From an uncultured Chloroflexia bacterium (lineage in GTDB: Bacteria > Chloroflexota > Anaerolineae > CG2-30-64-16), in contig CAWEMM010000006.1 of NCBI GenBank assembly GCA_963810095.1, positions 128,001 to 192,000 on the forward strand: DNA of 64,000 nt, read 5' to 3'. The notes beneath the pieces were generated by a model. That model had not been told where the DNA came from and searched no databases. It saw only the letters and a program-made list of their open reading frames with translations. The translations under genes were made by a program, and so were the position numbers. Numbering within the stretch: the stretch's first letter is position 1; the number at the start of each line of letters is the position of its first letter. Shown here piece after piece: positions 23,901 to 35,678 of this stretch.

Positions 23901-24084
23901 CGCCGTCGGGCCCTGTAAACGGTACCTCGGTCTCAACCTCCGCCAGGGGGTCGATGAGCGACGTAAGATAGACCGAAGCTTCCTTGCCCGTCAGCTTGAT
24001 CTGGTTCGCGTCGTTGTCCCACTCGCCCTTGGCCAGGTCGTCGTAGATGCGAGACACCGCCAGCTGCGACGCGACGGCAGACAC
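17935..24084 (-). other. Giant gene C-terminal ORF segment (2049 aa): conserved core, EF-hand-like loop, helical hairpin, TcA-C-terminal-like fold, dockerin, cohesin-like domain
   Basis: DTNLDGFINEADA; long acidic helices around LITFVGTSVNAGAPASATIEMAGSIAGFVV; GDVNVSGKRDSADALMVLKY and CDVTQDGACNSTDALRILMC; LAVAALNLAYDPARFAVTTC; KLFLPLMMQ. Confidence 0.7.
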
Positions 24085-27000
24085 GCCGCCCTTGCGCGCT
24101 GGAAGACGGTCTCGCCGACGTTCAGCAGGCCGGGGGTTTGAGGCCAGTCCGCCGAGTAGGCCGTGGGATAGACCGCGGCCGAGTAGCTCTTACCGTCCGC
24201 GCCGGTGTAGGCGATCGGGGCCGGCGTCACCCCTCCCGGATACTCGCCCGCGGGTAGCTTATCCAGCCATGGTACGCACTGCCCGACGCGGCTTTCCTCG
24301 TCGGCGGCCAGGCCGTGGCTCGCCGGGTAGTTGCGGGCGTCGGGATAGACGTTGGCATCGTCTCCCAGGAAGAAGCCGGGCTGCAGCGGGTAGAAGTAGT
24401 TCATGGTCATGTCGCCAGCGGCGCGCGTCCACAGCATGCCCTTCCAGTCCTTCCAGAACGGTTCGGGCATCTTGCCATTTACCGGCGAGGCCTGGGTGGC
24501 GTCGCAGGGCCGGATGTCCAGCAGACTTCGCAGCGGCGTCGGCGCGTAAACCGGGTTGCCCGCGGTCAACGAGAACCTGAGCCGGGTGTAGTCGGCATCC
24601 TGGAGCTTCACGGCGCCCCACCCGACCGCCGCGTCGCCGGCCGCAGCATTCTGAGGGCGGGCGAAGGTGAGGTCGGCCAGCTTGAAGTCGCCGCTCCGAC
24701 CGTGCCGGCTGAGCGCCCGCAAGTCGAGGATTAGCTTGCCGTCGCCCGCCGGGCGGCACCCGGTCTGCGTACCGGCCGCGGGCAGCAGCACCACCTGGTG
24801 AGTGGGGTTCGCGGGATCCATTACGTGCACGGCCAGCGTTGCCGCAATGGGCGTGGCGTACTGCGGGCTGGACACCTTGACGGTGACGGTGTAGTTCCCA
24901 GCCTTCTCGTACACATGGCTGATTTCGGCGTCGCCGTAGACCCCGGATGCACCGGCGTCCTCGTCGCCGAAGAGCCATTGGTAGCGCAGGTCGGTGCCCG
25001 CCTGCACCTCGGCCCGGAAGTGCACGACGCGCTGGGCCAGCACATAGTCGTCGGATTTGAGCGCCACCCCGTAAGGCCGCTCGGAGACGACGTTGTGGCT
25101 CGGCAAGCAGCGGACCGGGGTCAGCTTCTTGCTGTCGTAAGTGATCTCCATCGTGGCCGAGTAGAGCCCGGTGGCGCCCACCGCGTCGACAGAGAGCGTG
25201 GTCGTGCCGTTGTTCGTCAGCACGCCCGACCCGATCTTGAGCGTAACGGTGCCGGCCGAAGCCGCAGCCGGAACCGCAGTGGGACCCGCCGCGGCGGGCG
25301 TAATCTTGCCGGGGCTCGTCGCGTACGGCAGCGTCGAGACGGTGCGCGTCAACACGACCGAGTAGGCGGCGAGCTGGGTGCGATTGCCCTGCGCCGCATC
25401 CTGATACTTCAGCAGGGCGAACGAGGTGCGGCTGCCGCCCGTAGCGCGGGTCGCCAGGTCGGTGCGCAGCGCGTACAGCGCCGGCGCTGAGGTGCCCAAG
25501 TTGGAGGCCGACAACAGCGCGTGCTCATAGTTCGGGCTGTAGCCCGGCCAAGCGGGGTTCACCTGGTTGTAGACCGTCGGGTTGAGGTAGCGAGTCGAGT
25601 TCAGCACCGCCTGGCCGGCGATTTCGGACCCTAGTTCGCTGGCGACGACGATCTTCGGCGCATTCTTGGGCCACTGGCAGCGGTAGCCGGCAGCCTTGAC
25701 CGGCCACGCCACCTTACGGGCATCGGGCCGGTACCACGCCACGTCCAGGTCGTACGGCCCGGTCGTCGGCGCCGCGGCCAGGACGGGCAGGATCGGGCCG
25801 CTGCGCGTCTCCTGGACGTAGGCCGGCGGCAGCAGCCCATCCGTCGTGTTGCTCGCCACAGCGAGGTCGGCCGAGACGCGGACGCCGTCGTACGCCGTGC
25901 CGGCCAGGATCTGTCCGCTTTTGCCTTCAGGGTCACTGTGCGCGGGTAGACCGTCGGCGGCCGGATAGAGCAGCTCGGAGCCGATGATGCAGTCGGTCGA
26001 GTCGTAGTCGTCGGCCGGGTTGCGGTCGCGGCGGTCCAGGATGCCCGGCATCTGCCAGTCGACCGTGCGCACGACCAGTACTTTGGCTTGAGTACTGCCG
26101 TTGGTCTGCTTCGCCAGCTGGATCACCGAGTAGGTCGGATCGGTGCCTGTCACGACGCTGCGGGTGAACACATTGTTTGCCACAATGGGCGGAAGCTGGT
26201 CGTCGGGCACCCGACCCTTGAAGGCGCGGGCTGAAGTAGGCGCGAAGCCGTCCGTGATCTTATCGTGGCTGAGCGTGACCGGCGCCGTCGAAACATGAAG
26301 CTGCGGGCCGGCCGGCCATTCAATCGTCGCCGTCTGCGTAAAGGCATCGATCACCGATGGGTTGGGGTCCCGATCCCACACCGCGTCGGCCCACTCGCCG
26401 GCATCCAGGTGGCCGGGCGCATGCAACGGGGTCGGGCGAGTGGGGAAATCGAGCGCGTCGGCGCCGCTCCAGGCGTCATAATCCGTCACCTGCGCGCCGT
26501 CGAGCTTCCAGGTGGGTGGACCCGAGCCGGCAGCCGAAGGCGGCCGCAAGAGCGCCTCGCCCACCGTCCAAGGCCGGTACTCGACCGCGCCCACGTCGCA
26601 CAGGTAGCCCGTCCAGCCGCGCTGGGGCAGAGGCATGCCGCGCTGATCCGCCGGACGCTCCTTCGGGTTCACCAGAATGCTGCGCCGGCTTGTCTCATTT
26701 CCGCTGCCGTCGTAGACGCGATAGCTGTAGGTTGTCCCCTGAGCAGAAGACGCGGTCAGCTGTATTGGCTGCGAAGTGCCGTTTGCCGGGACGTCGATCA
26801 GGCGCACGCCCGCCTCGCCGTCGTTCAGAGCCACGGTGACAGCCGGGGCGCTCCGCCACGCTACAACGTCGCCGCTGTAGATCTTGATGGAATCGCCCGC
26901 CTGGCCTAGATCGACGGTACGCTGCTCGGCGGCCTCGCCGTCTTCACATGCTGACAGCGGCACCATGTCGATGCCGGGATTACCCGGCAGCAGCGCGTGG

Positions 27001-30000
27001 GAATCCGTGTACCCGCTGAGGATCCCGGTGTCAAAGTCGATCCAGTTATTGTCTTGCAGCGGGCCAAGGTTGAGGACTTGAGAGCTGACGATGCGATCGG
27101 TCAGGGCCCCGACGCAGCTCGAATCGTCCACCAGGTTATAGTCGCCCGAAGAGAGGCTCGTGCGAGTGCTCCCCGGCCGCAGCTCACAGCTCTTCGATTC
27201 AGACTTGCCGTCGTAGACCACCGAGCGCGCGAGCTTGACGTCGGCGTAGTCGGTCACGAAGACGTTGTTACCGTATAGCGCCAAGTTGGGCACCTGGAGC
27301 GTGATAACCAGCTTGCGCGCGGTGCCACTCGTGCCGTCGGTCACGGTGACAGTGTAGCTCTTGCCCGCTTCCTTCCCCTTGCAGATCAGAGGCACGGACG
27401 GACCGACCCCCATGACCGGCAAGGTGAGCTGCTGTGGCGGGTCGCACGTGACGTCCTTGCCCGGCTGGATCGAGAGCGTCACGGGCTGGCCGCTCGTGCG
27501 GTTCTCAAAGCGCACCCAGTCTTCGGAGAGGACTGTAGACGTGGGTGGGTCGAACGACGAGTCGAGAACGCCGACGAGATAGGTATCGGGGAGCCGAGCC
27601 GCCTTGTTCAAGGCCAGCGTGCTGTTGGTGACGTAAGCGTGCCGGTAGAGCGGCGCGCCCGCCTCCGAGACTGCGCTGCCGAACGCCAGCCCGCCGCCGT
27701 TCGATTCGGCAACGTTGCCCGACAGCGTGCTCCAACGCACATTCAGCGGGCCCTGGCTGTAGATGCCCGCGCCTTCACCGGGTTCGACCACGGTGGCGAT
27801 GCCCGCCGTTTTGTTCCAGAGAGCATGTGCGGCGTTGTCTGCGAGGGTGCAGCGCTCCAGAGTCAGGTCGCCACGGTTGAAGATGCCGCCTCCCCGCTGT
27901 GCGAGGCCGTTGCGCACGGTCAGATCGCGGAGGGTGACGACCACATCGCCCCCCGCGAGGATCGTGCTGGCCGTGGGCAAGTAGCTCTCGATGCGAAGGA
28001 CCGAGCCGCCTTCGATGCCCAACTGGCGCTGTCGCGCCACCGGATACTCGGACGCCTGCAGGATGGCCTGCACGTTGACCGGCAGCTCGCGGTGCAGCTT
28101 ACTCAGGTCGATGCCCGCATGCTCGATCGTCACGTCGCGGTAAGCAACGGCACTGCCCGTGTGGACGCCGGCCTCCAGTGCGACGACGTCGCCTGTGCCG
28201 ACCGCATCGAGCGCGTCCTGCAGGTTGTCAAAGATGAGGTTCCCCGGGTCGGGCTCGCAGTTGGCACATACATCCAGCCTCCGCTGCGTGACCTCCACAG
28301 CGCCGATGTCGCACCTGGCGGTGGCGCCCGACACGCTGTACGGACGGGGGATGCCGCGCTGGTCCGCGTCGAGCGCACAGTCCGCCTCACCGGCCTCCAT
28401 GGCGGCGCCGTACAGTGCAGGGAAGACGGTGAGCGTGACGCCGCCGTTGTCCCGAAGGTAAGCCAGTCGCCGCGTCGCCCGTTTTGTCGTGTGCGCCGGT
28501 AGTGCACGCTTTGGCGCCGTCATACAGGTTGTAGTCGCCCGCGGCGACGCCGCTGCAGACCACCTGGTCCGGCTGGCCCACCAAGATATTGCCGACCGCC
28601 GAGCTGGCCTTGCTCAGGTGGAGCGAACCGTTGGCCTGGAAGGTGTTGTAGCGCGCGACGATGTCGCCCGTGCCTGCAATCGCGGCATTGCCGGTCCCCG
28701 CCGTGTTAGAGATCACGGTGCTGTTCGTCAGGGTGAGCTTCGGGCCGGTCGAGTAGATCGCCGCACCATCGAGCGCGTCGTTGGCGTACAGCGTCGACTG
28801 TTTTACGGTCAGCGTGCCGTTGTTTAGGATCGCGCCGCCGCTAGGCGCGTCGCCGTGGCGCAGGTTCAGGTTCTCGATTGACGCCGTGACGCCGGCCGCG
28901 ATGGTGAAAATGGGTGCACGGTTATGCTGTCCGGTCGGGGCAGATGTAGCTGCCTGCACAATACCCAGGTGCCAGGCCGGCGTCTGCTCTTCCACAGGGC
29001 CCCGGATCGTGACGTTCTTGGCGATGGTCACCGTCTCGGTCACCACCCCGTTGACCACGATCGTATCGTCCGGCTGGGATTCATTCAGTGCCGCGGCGAT
29101 GCTGGTCAGATCGCAGATCGACTCCGCACCCGGCGCCCAAACGATCTTGCCGCCCTCGGTTTTGACATACAGCGGAGGACCGCAAACGCGGTGCTTTTCG
29201 ATACCCAGCTCGAACGCGCCGATGTCGCACCGCCAGTTGTCCGGGTTGGTTTCGGTGTCGCCGTCGGGGCGAATGCCCAGCCGCGGCCGGGCGCGCAACC
29301 GCTGGTCGATGGCCGCGCTCGGGGAAAGCTGCGACTGGCACTCGTTCTTCGGAATTTGATCGACGGCATTGGGGTCGACCAGCAGCTTGTGCGTCAGGGT
29401 TGGACCGCCGTTATCTGCCAACTCGCCCAGCGGCACCAGCTGGTTATTGACGTCAGTCGCCTGGTTAAGCGCCGCGCATGAGGCGTCATCCGTCCGGTTG
29501 TAACCACCCGAAACGATGCCGGCCGAGTAAAAGCAGTTCGTGCGACCGCTCCCGCCGCTCGGCTGGGTGACAATCGTGGCTTCGAGGGTGAGGCCGGTAG
29601 CCGAGTTGTGGACATTCGCGGCCTTCGGACCCGCGTCCGCACTGGTCTTGTTCTGCGTGATGGTCAGGAAGCGCAGGTCGGCCGTGCCGCCCGCGTGCCA
29701 CAGCCCGCCGCCGCTCCACAGGCCCGTGTTGCCCGAGACGGTCAAGTTGCGCCCGGTGAAAGTGCCATCCAGCTGGAAGATGCCGCCGCCACCGCCTGCG
29801 CTGTTGCCGGCGAGCGCCGACTCCTCGACTACGACGTTCGACGCCGGCCCTACGAAGAGGCCGCCGCCCTCGCCGCCGCCGGTCAGGTTGGCCTCGTCCA
29901 GCGTCCCGTTCATCAGGAGGCCGATCTCGGTCCCGGTCAGCTCCCGGTCGTACACGCGGACGCTGCGCACCGTGCCCGTCAGCTTGTATTGGTTGGGATC

Positions 30001-33000
30001 CCATGGCGCCGCGCCGATGACGAAGTCGCTCGTGCCGGTGCCGATCGGGAGGGACGAAGCCGAGGTCTGGCCGTTGGACGCGGGAATGACGCCGTTGACG
30101 TAGACGGTCAGCTTGCCGCCCGTGCGATAGGTCGCCGCGATGTGCGTCCAGGTGTTCGCCGGAATCGACCCGGAGGGATACAGCGTTTTGTGGCCGCTGT
30201 TCGCATCCCAGACCTCGACGCTCACCGCATTATGGTAGACCGAGAGCACGTAGCCGCGGGCGTTGGGGGGCGTCCCCTCGACCTTGCCCAGCACCTTGCC
30301 ATCGCCGCTGGGGCTGCTCGGCACATAAACCCAGGCCGCCAACGTCATCGACGCGGACAGGTTGAGGCTGTCGGAGCTCGGCACACGGATGGGCTGCTTC
30401 GCTTGGAACTTCAGCCCGTAGTAGTCGCCAAGTTTCTCGACCACCGGGCAGTCGTTGCCGTTCGTGTTCGAGTTGAAGCACCAGCCGTGATTCTGGTATG
30501 GGCTGCTGTCGCGGAAATCGCGGCTGGGTCCCACGTCCCACGCCAGCACCTGCGCCCCGTTCTTGTTGCCCTGGACGGTGGTATTGCGTATGGTCAGCGA
30601 AGCGGTGCCGGCCTGCCCCCCTGCGGCAGCGAGGCCGCCACCGCTGACCGCTGCGGTATTGTCGCTGATCTTCGTGCCGCTGATGACCACACCGGCCGCG
30701 GGCAGCACCCTGACGCCTCCGCCGCTGCCCGCGACGCCGTTCTTGAGCGTCAGGTTCGGCCCGGTCACGTTCGTCGTGCCGCCCGCCGCAGTGAGCACCC
30801 GGCCCTTGCCGCCCGCGTCAAGCGTTGCGCTTGCCAAGTGCGTGGTCAGTGTCACGTTCTTCGTCGTGCGGATCAGTTGGTACTCGTCGCCGCCGCGCCA
30901 GGCGCCCACGCACGGACCCTTGGTAATGCTGATGGTGGCTCCGGCCTGCGCCGCATCGACCGCGGCCTGCAGAGCGCTGCCGTTCACGCTCGCCTGCCCG
31001 CCGGCCTCGCACTGGGCGGTCACGCTCTGGGCCTCGTATGCGCCGATATCGCAAATCGTGGTGCCCGCGCCGGCCACGCGCTCCCGCGCTGGTCGACCGC
31101 GGGGGCGCTGCCGCCCAGGTCGCACTTGCCCGAGTCCACCGCAGGGCTTTCGTCACCCGGCTGCGCGTTGAGCGCATGGGTCAGGGTCGTGCCGCCATTG
31201 TTCGCCAGAGCCCCCAGGCCCGGGTCGGTGACCCAGGTTTGGTCAAAAGCCTGGGCGAACTTCGGCGTGCTGTTCACGCGGCCCACGAGGTTGTAGCCCA
31301 AGCTCTGCAGATTGTCTGCACTACCCGCCGTCCGCTCCACGTCGTCGCCAGTGATGTTGGCGGCGAGGATCGTGTTGCCCACCTGCAGCGTGCCACCGCT
31401 GGTTTCGTATGCCAGGCCCACGCCCCGCGGCGCGGTGTTGGCCGTGATCGTGCTGTGCAAGATCTTGCCGCCGGTGCCCGCGCTGAAGATCCCGCCGCCC
31501 TTCACGGTGGCAGTGTTGCCCGAGGCCGTCACCAGGCTTAAGGAAGCTTGCCCGCGCTACTGGTGCACAGCCCGCCACCGCTCTGGCTGTTGTTGCCCGA
31601 CAGCGTCACGCTCTGCAGGTCAAGCCCGGTCCCGGCCGCGTAGATGCCGCCGCCGCAGATGTCCGCGGCATTGCCGCTGACCGTCGTGTTCTTAATCGCC
31701 AGCGAGTTGCCGCTGCCGTCGAAAATGCCGCCCCCGTAGTGCCCCCGGTTGGCCTCCACCCTCGAGGCGTTCACCGTCATTGTCGCCCGGTTGGCGATGC
31801 CGCCGCCGCTCGCAGTATCCGCAACATTGTCATGGATGTAGGCGTTGTTAAGCGTCAGCGTGGCAATGCGGTTCAACAGCCCGGCCCCGTCGTCGCCCAG
31901 GTGACCGTTAACCAGTTCGAGGTTGCTCGCCGTGACCGAGATCGAGGCGGTGTTGTCCAGCAGCAGCACCCGGCCGAGGCCCCCGGCGTCAATGACGGCC
32001 CGGCCCGCCGGCGTCGCGCTCTTGTACGTGCTCGGGGTGCCGCCAACGATCGTGAGGCTCTTGTTAATCAACGCCGTCTGGACGGTGCCCGCTTTGAACC
32101 ACATCCCCTTGCACACGCCGCCCACGTTCACCCGCTCGGTCGCCTCGTCGAGCGCGGCCTGGAACGCTCGGCCATTCACGCTGGAGCGCTCAGTCGAGGC
32201 GAAGTTATTCGTGCTGAAGCAGTTCGCCGTGACCGACTGCAGCTCGACGGCCCCGGCGTCGCAGTACGATGAACCCGTGCCTGGCCGCACCTCGCTGCGC
32301 TGGTCCTGGGCCGTAGATCCGCAGATGCCCGCGTCTACGGCCAGGCTGGCGGCCGACGGCGCGTGCGTTTTGATGCGCACGGCAGTGCCGCCCTGGGCCG
32401 GCCCGCCGGCGTCTTGCAGCGTTCCAAGCCCAGGATCCGTGATCCCCCGCTGGTCGAAGTCCACGGTAAACCTGTCGATGTTGCCGCGGCCCACGATATT
32501 GCCGCCGCCGCTGGTCACTTTATTGCCGTTGTCGCTCACGTCGGCATCGTAAGCGCCGGTGTTTGTGCGGTTCCCGGCAATGATGCTGGACGTGATGGTT
32601 GTGGCAGATCCGGACACGGCCAGGCCCGCGCCGCTCGGGGCCTGGTTGTCCGTGATGGTGGTATTCCTGATGGTGACGGCGGCTGTGCTCAGGTACAGGC
32701 CGCCGCCCGTGCCGGCCGGCGCACTGTTTCCCGAGATCGTGCAATTGTCGATGGTGGTAGGCTTTGCGACGACCACGCCGCCGCCGAAGCTGCCGCTGGC
32801 CGTGTTGCCGCTGACCGTCACCCCGCTAAGCGAGATCGACGAGCCGGCGTTATTGTAGATTCCGCCGCCCTGGTCGGCCTTGTTGCCGGCAACCGTGGAG
32901 TCCGTCACGCTGAGTGCGCCAAGAGCGATCAGGCCGCCGCCCAAATGCCCGACCGACTCATTGTTGCTCACCACGCTGCGGGTCAGCGTCAAGTCCTTCG

Positions 33001-35678
33001 TCGCATAGATGCCGCCGCCATTGCCCGTCGACTTGCTCGAGTCGACGGTGGCATCGGTCAGCGTCGTCGGCAGTTCCGTGTACAGCCCGCCTCCGCCCGG
33101 GTTGGCGCTGCTCGATCCGCCGCGCAGGGCAAGGTTATTCATCTGGAATGATCCGTAGTTGCTCCCGGCAACGTAGACCGCTCGGCCCTGACCCCACGCG
33201 TCCACCACGGCAGGGGTGTTCGTGCTTTGGGCCGTGAAACCCGTGTTCCAGTTGCCCGAGAGCACGAGCTTGCCGTCACTGTACCAAGGTGCCGTCAGCT
33301 TGACCGACTGCTGGCCCATCTGCGTTTTCGCACCTACACACGTGCCCGCCAATCGGACTTGGCCGCCGTCGACGTCGAGCAAATCGGCGCTGGCCTGCGC
33401 CGCAATGCCATCGAGCGTCGCGTAGACTGTGCCGTCCGAGACGCCTGCGTTGTCCTGCGCCTTGGCGTAGCACGCGTTGCGCCCGCCAGCCAACAGCGTC
33501 GCGATTTCTGTCTCGCTGAGGCCGCGCAAAAATGCGCAGGTCGTCGAGATTGCCGACCAGGTAGGGGGTGCTGGCATCTGCAGAATACCCCAGGCGAACG
33601 TGGGTTTGGGTGGTGAACGAGGAAGTGGTGGCCGTGCCGCTCGCTCGCAGCACGCCATCGACGTACAGGCGGTCGCCCCCGACGGTGGCTCCGAAGGTGT
33701 GGACGACATGATGCCAGTTGTTGTCCAGCACCTTCACCCCGGTGCTGCACAGCGTCTCGCTCGCCCCGCCGAGCCACACCCGGCTGCACACATACGCGTA
33801 GGTATCCTTGTAAGGTTTCAGATAAACGTGCCGGTCGTGCGAGCTGCCCGCCTCGTTCGTCGCCGAGAACAGCCCACAAGTGCTGCAGTTCGTCCTGAAC
33901 CAGAAGGAGAGCCCGTAGTTGCTGTTCGACAGCACCAATGCGCCCGACTCGAAACCGCCGCCCGCGAGCTTCAGGGAACCGGGATTGGCGTAACCCGACG
34001 CCTGAATGGTCGCGGCCGTCGTGGTGTCGATGCTCACCGTCGAACCGCTGGCGCTGGTATTGCGGTCGGCGACCACCCCGCTGCCCGCCGAGTCCGTGTC
34101 CTTCTTGTTGTCGCTGGACGCACCATTAGGGTCGAACCGCCAGTACGCGGCCGGCGTGCCGTCGCCGGCCAACCCGCGGATCTCGTCCGCGTCGAGTTCC
34201 CGGTCGTAGACGCGCACGTCGTCCACTTGGCCCGTGACCCGGTGCGCGCCCGTGTCCCACGGGGCCACCCCGATATAGAGCGATCGGGTGGTGTTGCCCA
34301 GGGGATCGGTGTCGGCAGCCGTGTTCGCCACGAGCTTGCCGTTGACGTAGGCCCGCAGTTGGCCGCCCCGCGTCCACGTGCAGGCCAGGTGCACCCATTC
34401 GTTCTTCAGGATGGAGCCCGCCCAGGCATCCTTGTCGGCGCCCGAAAAGCTCTCGCACTTGAGCTTGCCATCCTCGACGCCGAGCACCCAGCCGAGGTCA
34501 TGGCTGCCGTCGGTTTTGCCGACGATCTTCTGATCGTTCGCAGGATTGGTCAGGTTGACCCACGCGGCCGCGGTCACGGCGTCCTGCAAGATCAGGTCGG
34601 GATTGTCGGCTACGCTGACGTAATGGCTCCCGTCGAGCGACAGCGACTTCGTGTTGGTATGCGCAGTGGGCGCCGCGCTCCCATATCCCGTTGTTGGAGA
34701 GGAATTCCACGAGCCGTCATGCCCGTTCCCGCTAGCGTCGGCCAGGTTGCTGTCGAACTTCCAATAGCCGATCGGGCGGCGCGTCGTGGCCGCCAGCGCA
34801 GCAAGCTGTGCCTCGGTCAGCACCCGGTTGTAGACGCGCGCCTCGTCAAGGCTGCCCTTGAAGCGCTGGCCACTTTGGGGGGCGCGGCCAATCCAAAAGT
34901 CGCCTGAGCCGGCGAAGTTGGCGCCGGCAACATCCTGTGCAACAAGCACACCGTCACGGTAGAGCTTGCGCGTTTTGTTAGCGACGTCGTAGGTGCACGC
35001 CCAGTGGTGCCATGCGCCGGTGTCGGTATAGGTGGGCGCGTCCAGATCGTCGTCATAGAATGCGCAGGTGAACTTGTTGTTGTCGCGGAATCCGAAGTGC
35101 AGCGCTTGGTTTGTGGTTCCCGCCTTTCCCTGGCCGAACAACCAATGGGCGGACCCGGTGGCCCCGCGCTTGGCCCACACGGCCAAGGTGAACGAGTTAT
35201 TGGCCAGGGGCATCCCCGCGGTCACCGTGATCCAGCCGCTGGTGGAATCACCCGGAAGCCTGAGGCTCCGGTCGTTGGCGAAGAATGTCGGCCCCCCGTC
35301 GTCGACGATCCATTGGTAGTTGGAGGGATACAGGGTGCCGTCGCGGCCATTGCCCGAAGAATCGTGCGCGACCAGGCCCGATCCCTCGTCCAGGTTCCAG
35401 TAGCCGAGCAGGCCGTCGGTCAGCGGATCGGTGGCGGCCGGCGCCTGGGGCGCGGCGAGCGCGCCCGGAGGCGCGCTCGCCGGATCGGCCGGGGGCGGCA
35501 CTGCGGCATGCAGCACGGTCGCGCCGGCGCCGAGCAAGAGAAGGAGGCAGACCAGTACGGCCGCTGCCCGGCCAGCAGCAACGCGCCATGCCGCTGCTTC
35601 GACAGCGCGGGACGAGCGTGCGCCGGCAGGAAGCGCCGTTTGGAGACTGTGCTCTGAGGATTGGATGTGGGCGCTCAT
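17935..35678 (-). CDS. Giant secreted multidomain protein (~5,900 aa reconstructed across 5 frameshifts): LamG x4, beta-helix/choice-of-anchor-Q-like repeats, PKD, cohesin-like x2, TcA-like helical hairpin and C-terminal fold, dockerin
   Basis: Six overlapping ORFs join in sense at ~33525, ~31550, ~31083, ~28472 and ~24093, each junction falling inside a continuing motif. One signal peptide at the 5' end; the ATG overlaps the upstream gene stop (ATGA). Confidence 0.75.
23991..28523 (-). other. Giant gene ORF segment: beta-helix, Ig-like, cohesin-like and PKD regions
   Basis: DQRGIPRP...CDIGAVE, GGGIFNRGDLTL, WLFGD...ISHVYEKAGNYTVTVKVS. Confidence 0.7.
28387..31125 (-). other. Giant gene ORF segment: beta-helix repeats with an inserted LamG domain
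   Basis: SMTLAAWV...WTHIAATY...LTVYVNG...VRVYDRELT; LADNGGPTLTH...DQR...CDIGAFE. Confidence 0.7.
31020..33709 (-). other. Giant gene ORF segments: polymorphic-membrane-like beta-helix (GGGI/GN) repeats
   Basis: Repeated xxNxAxxGGGIY units; DPGLGTLQDAGG...THA...DQR...CDAGAVE; DPGLGALANNGGTTLTHAL. Confidence 0.7.
33276..35678 (-). other. Giant gene N-terminal ORF segment: signal peptide and three LamG/ConA-like domains
   Basis: GYWNLDEGSG...DEARVYNRVL; GYWKFD...DDVRVYDREL; AYWRFD...DDLRIF. Confidence 0.8.

Noticed and set aside
24093-33525. Programmed frameshifting or phase variation in the giant gene
   Set aside because: The sites lack long homopolymers or a shared slippery motif, mix gains and losses, and match errors in housekeeping genes. 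Not excluded without reads.
17935-35678. Complete canonical Tc toxin or RHS locus
   Set aside because: No SpvB/TcB, YD repeats or RHS core motif seen; only a TcA-like C-terminal resemblance.
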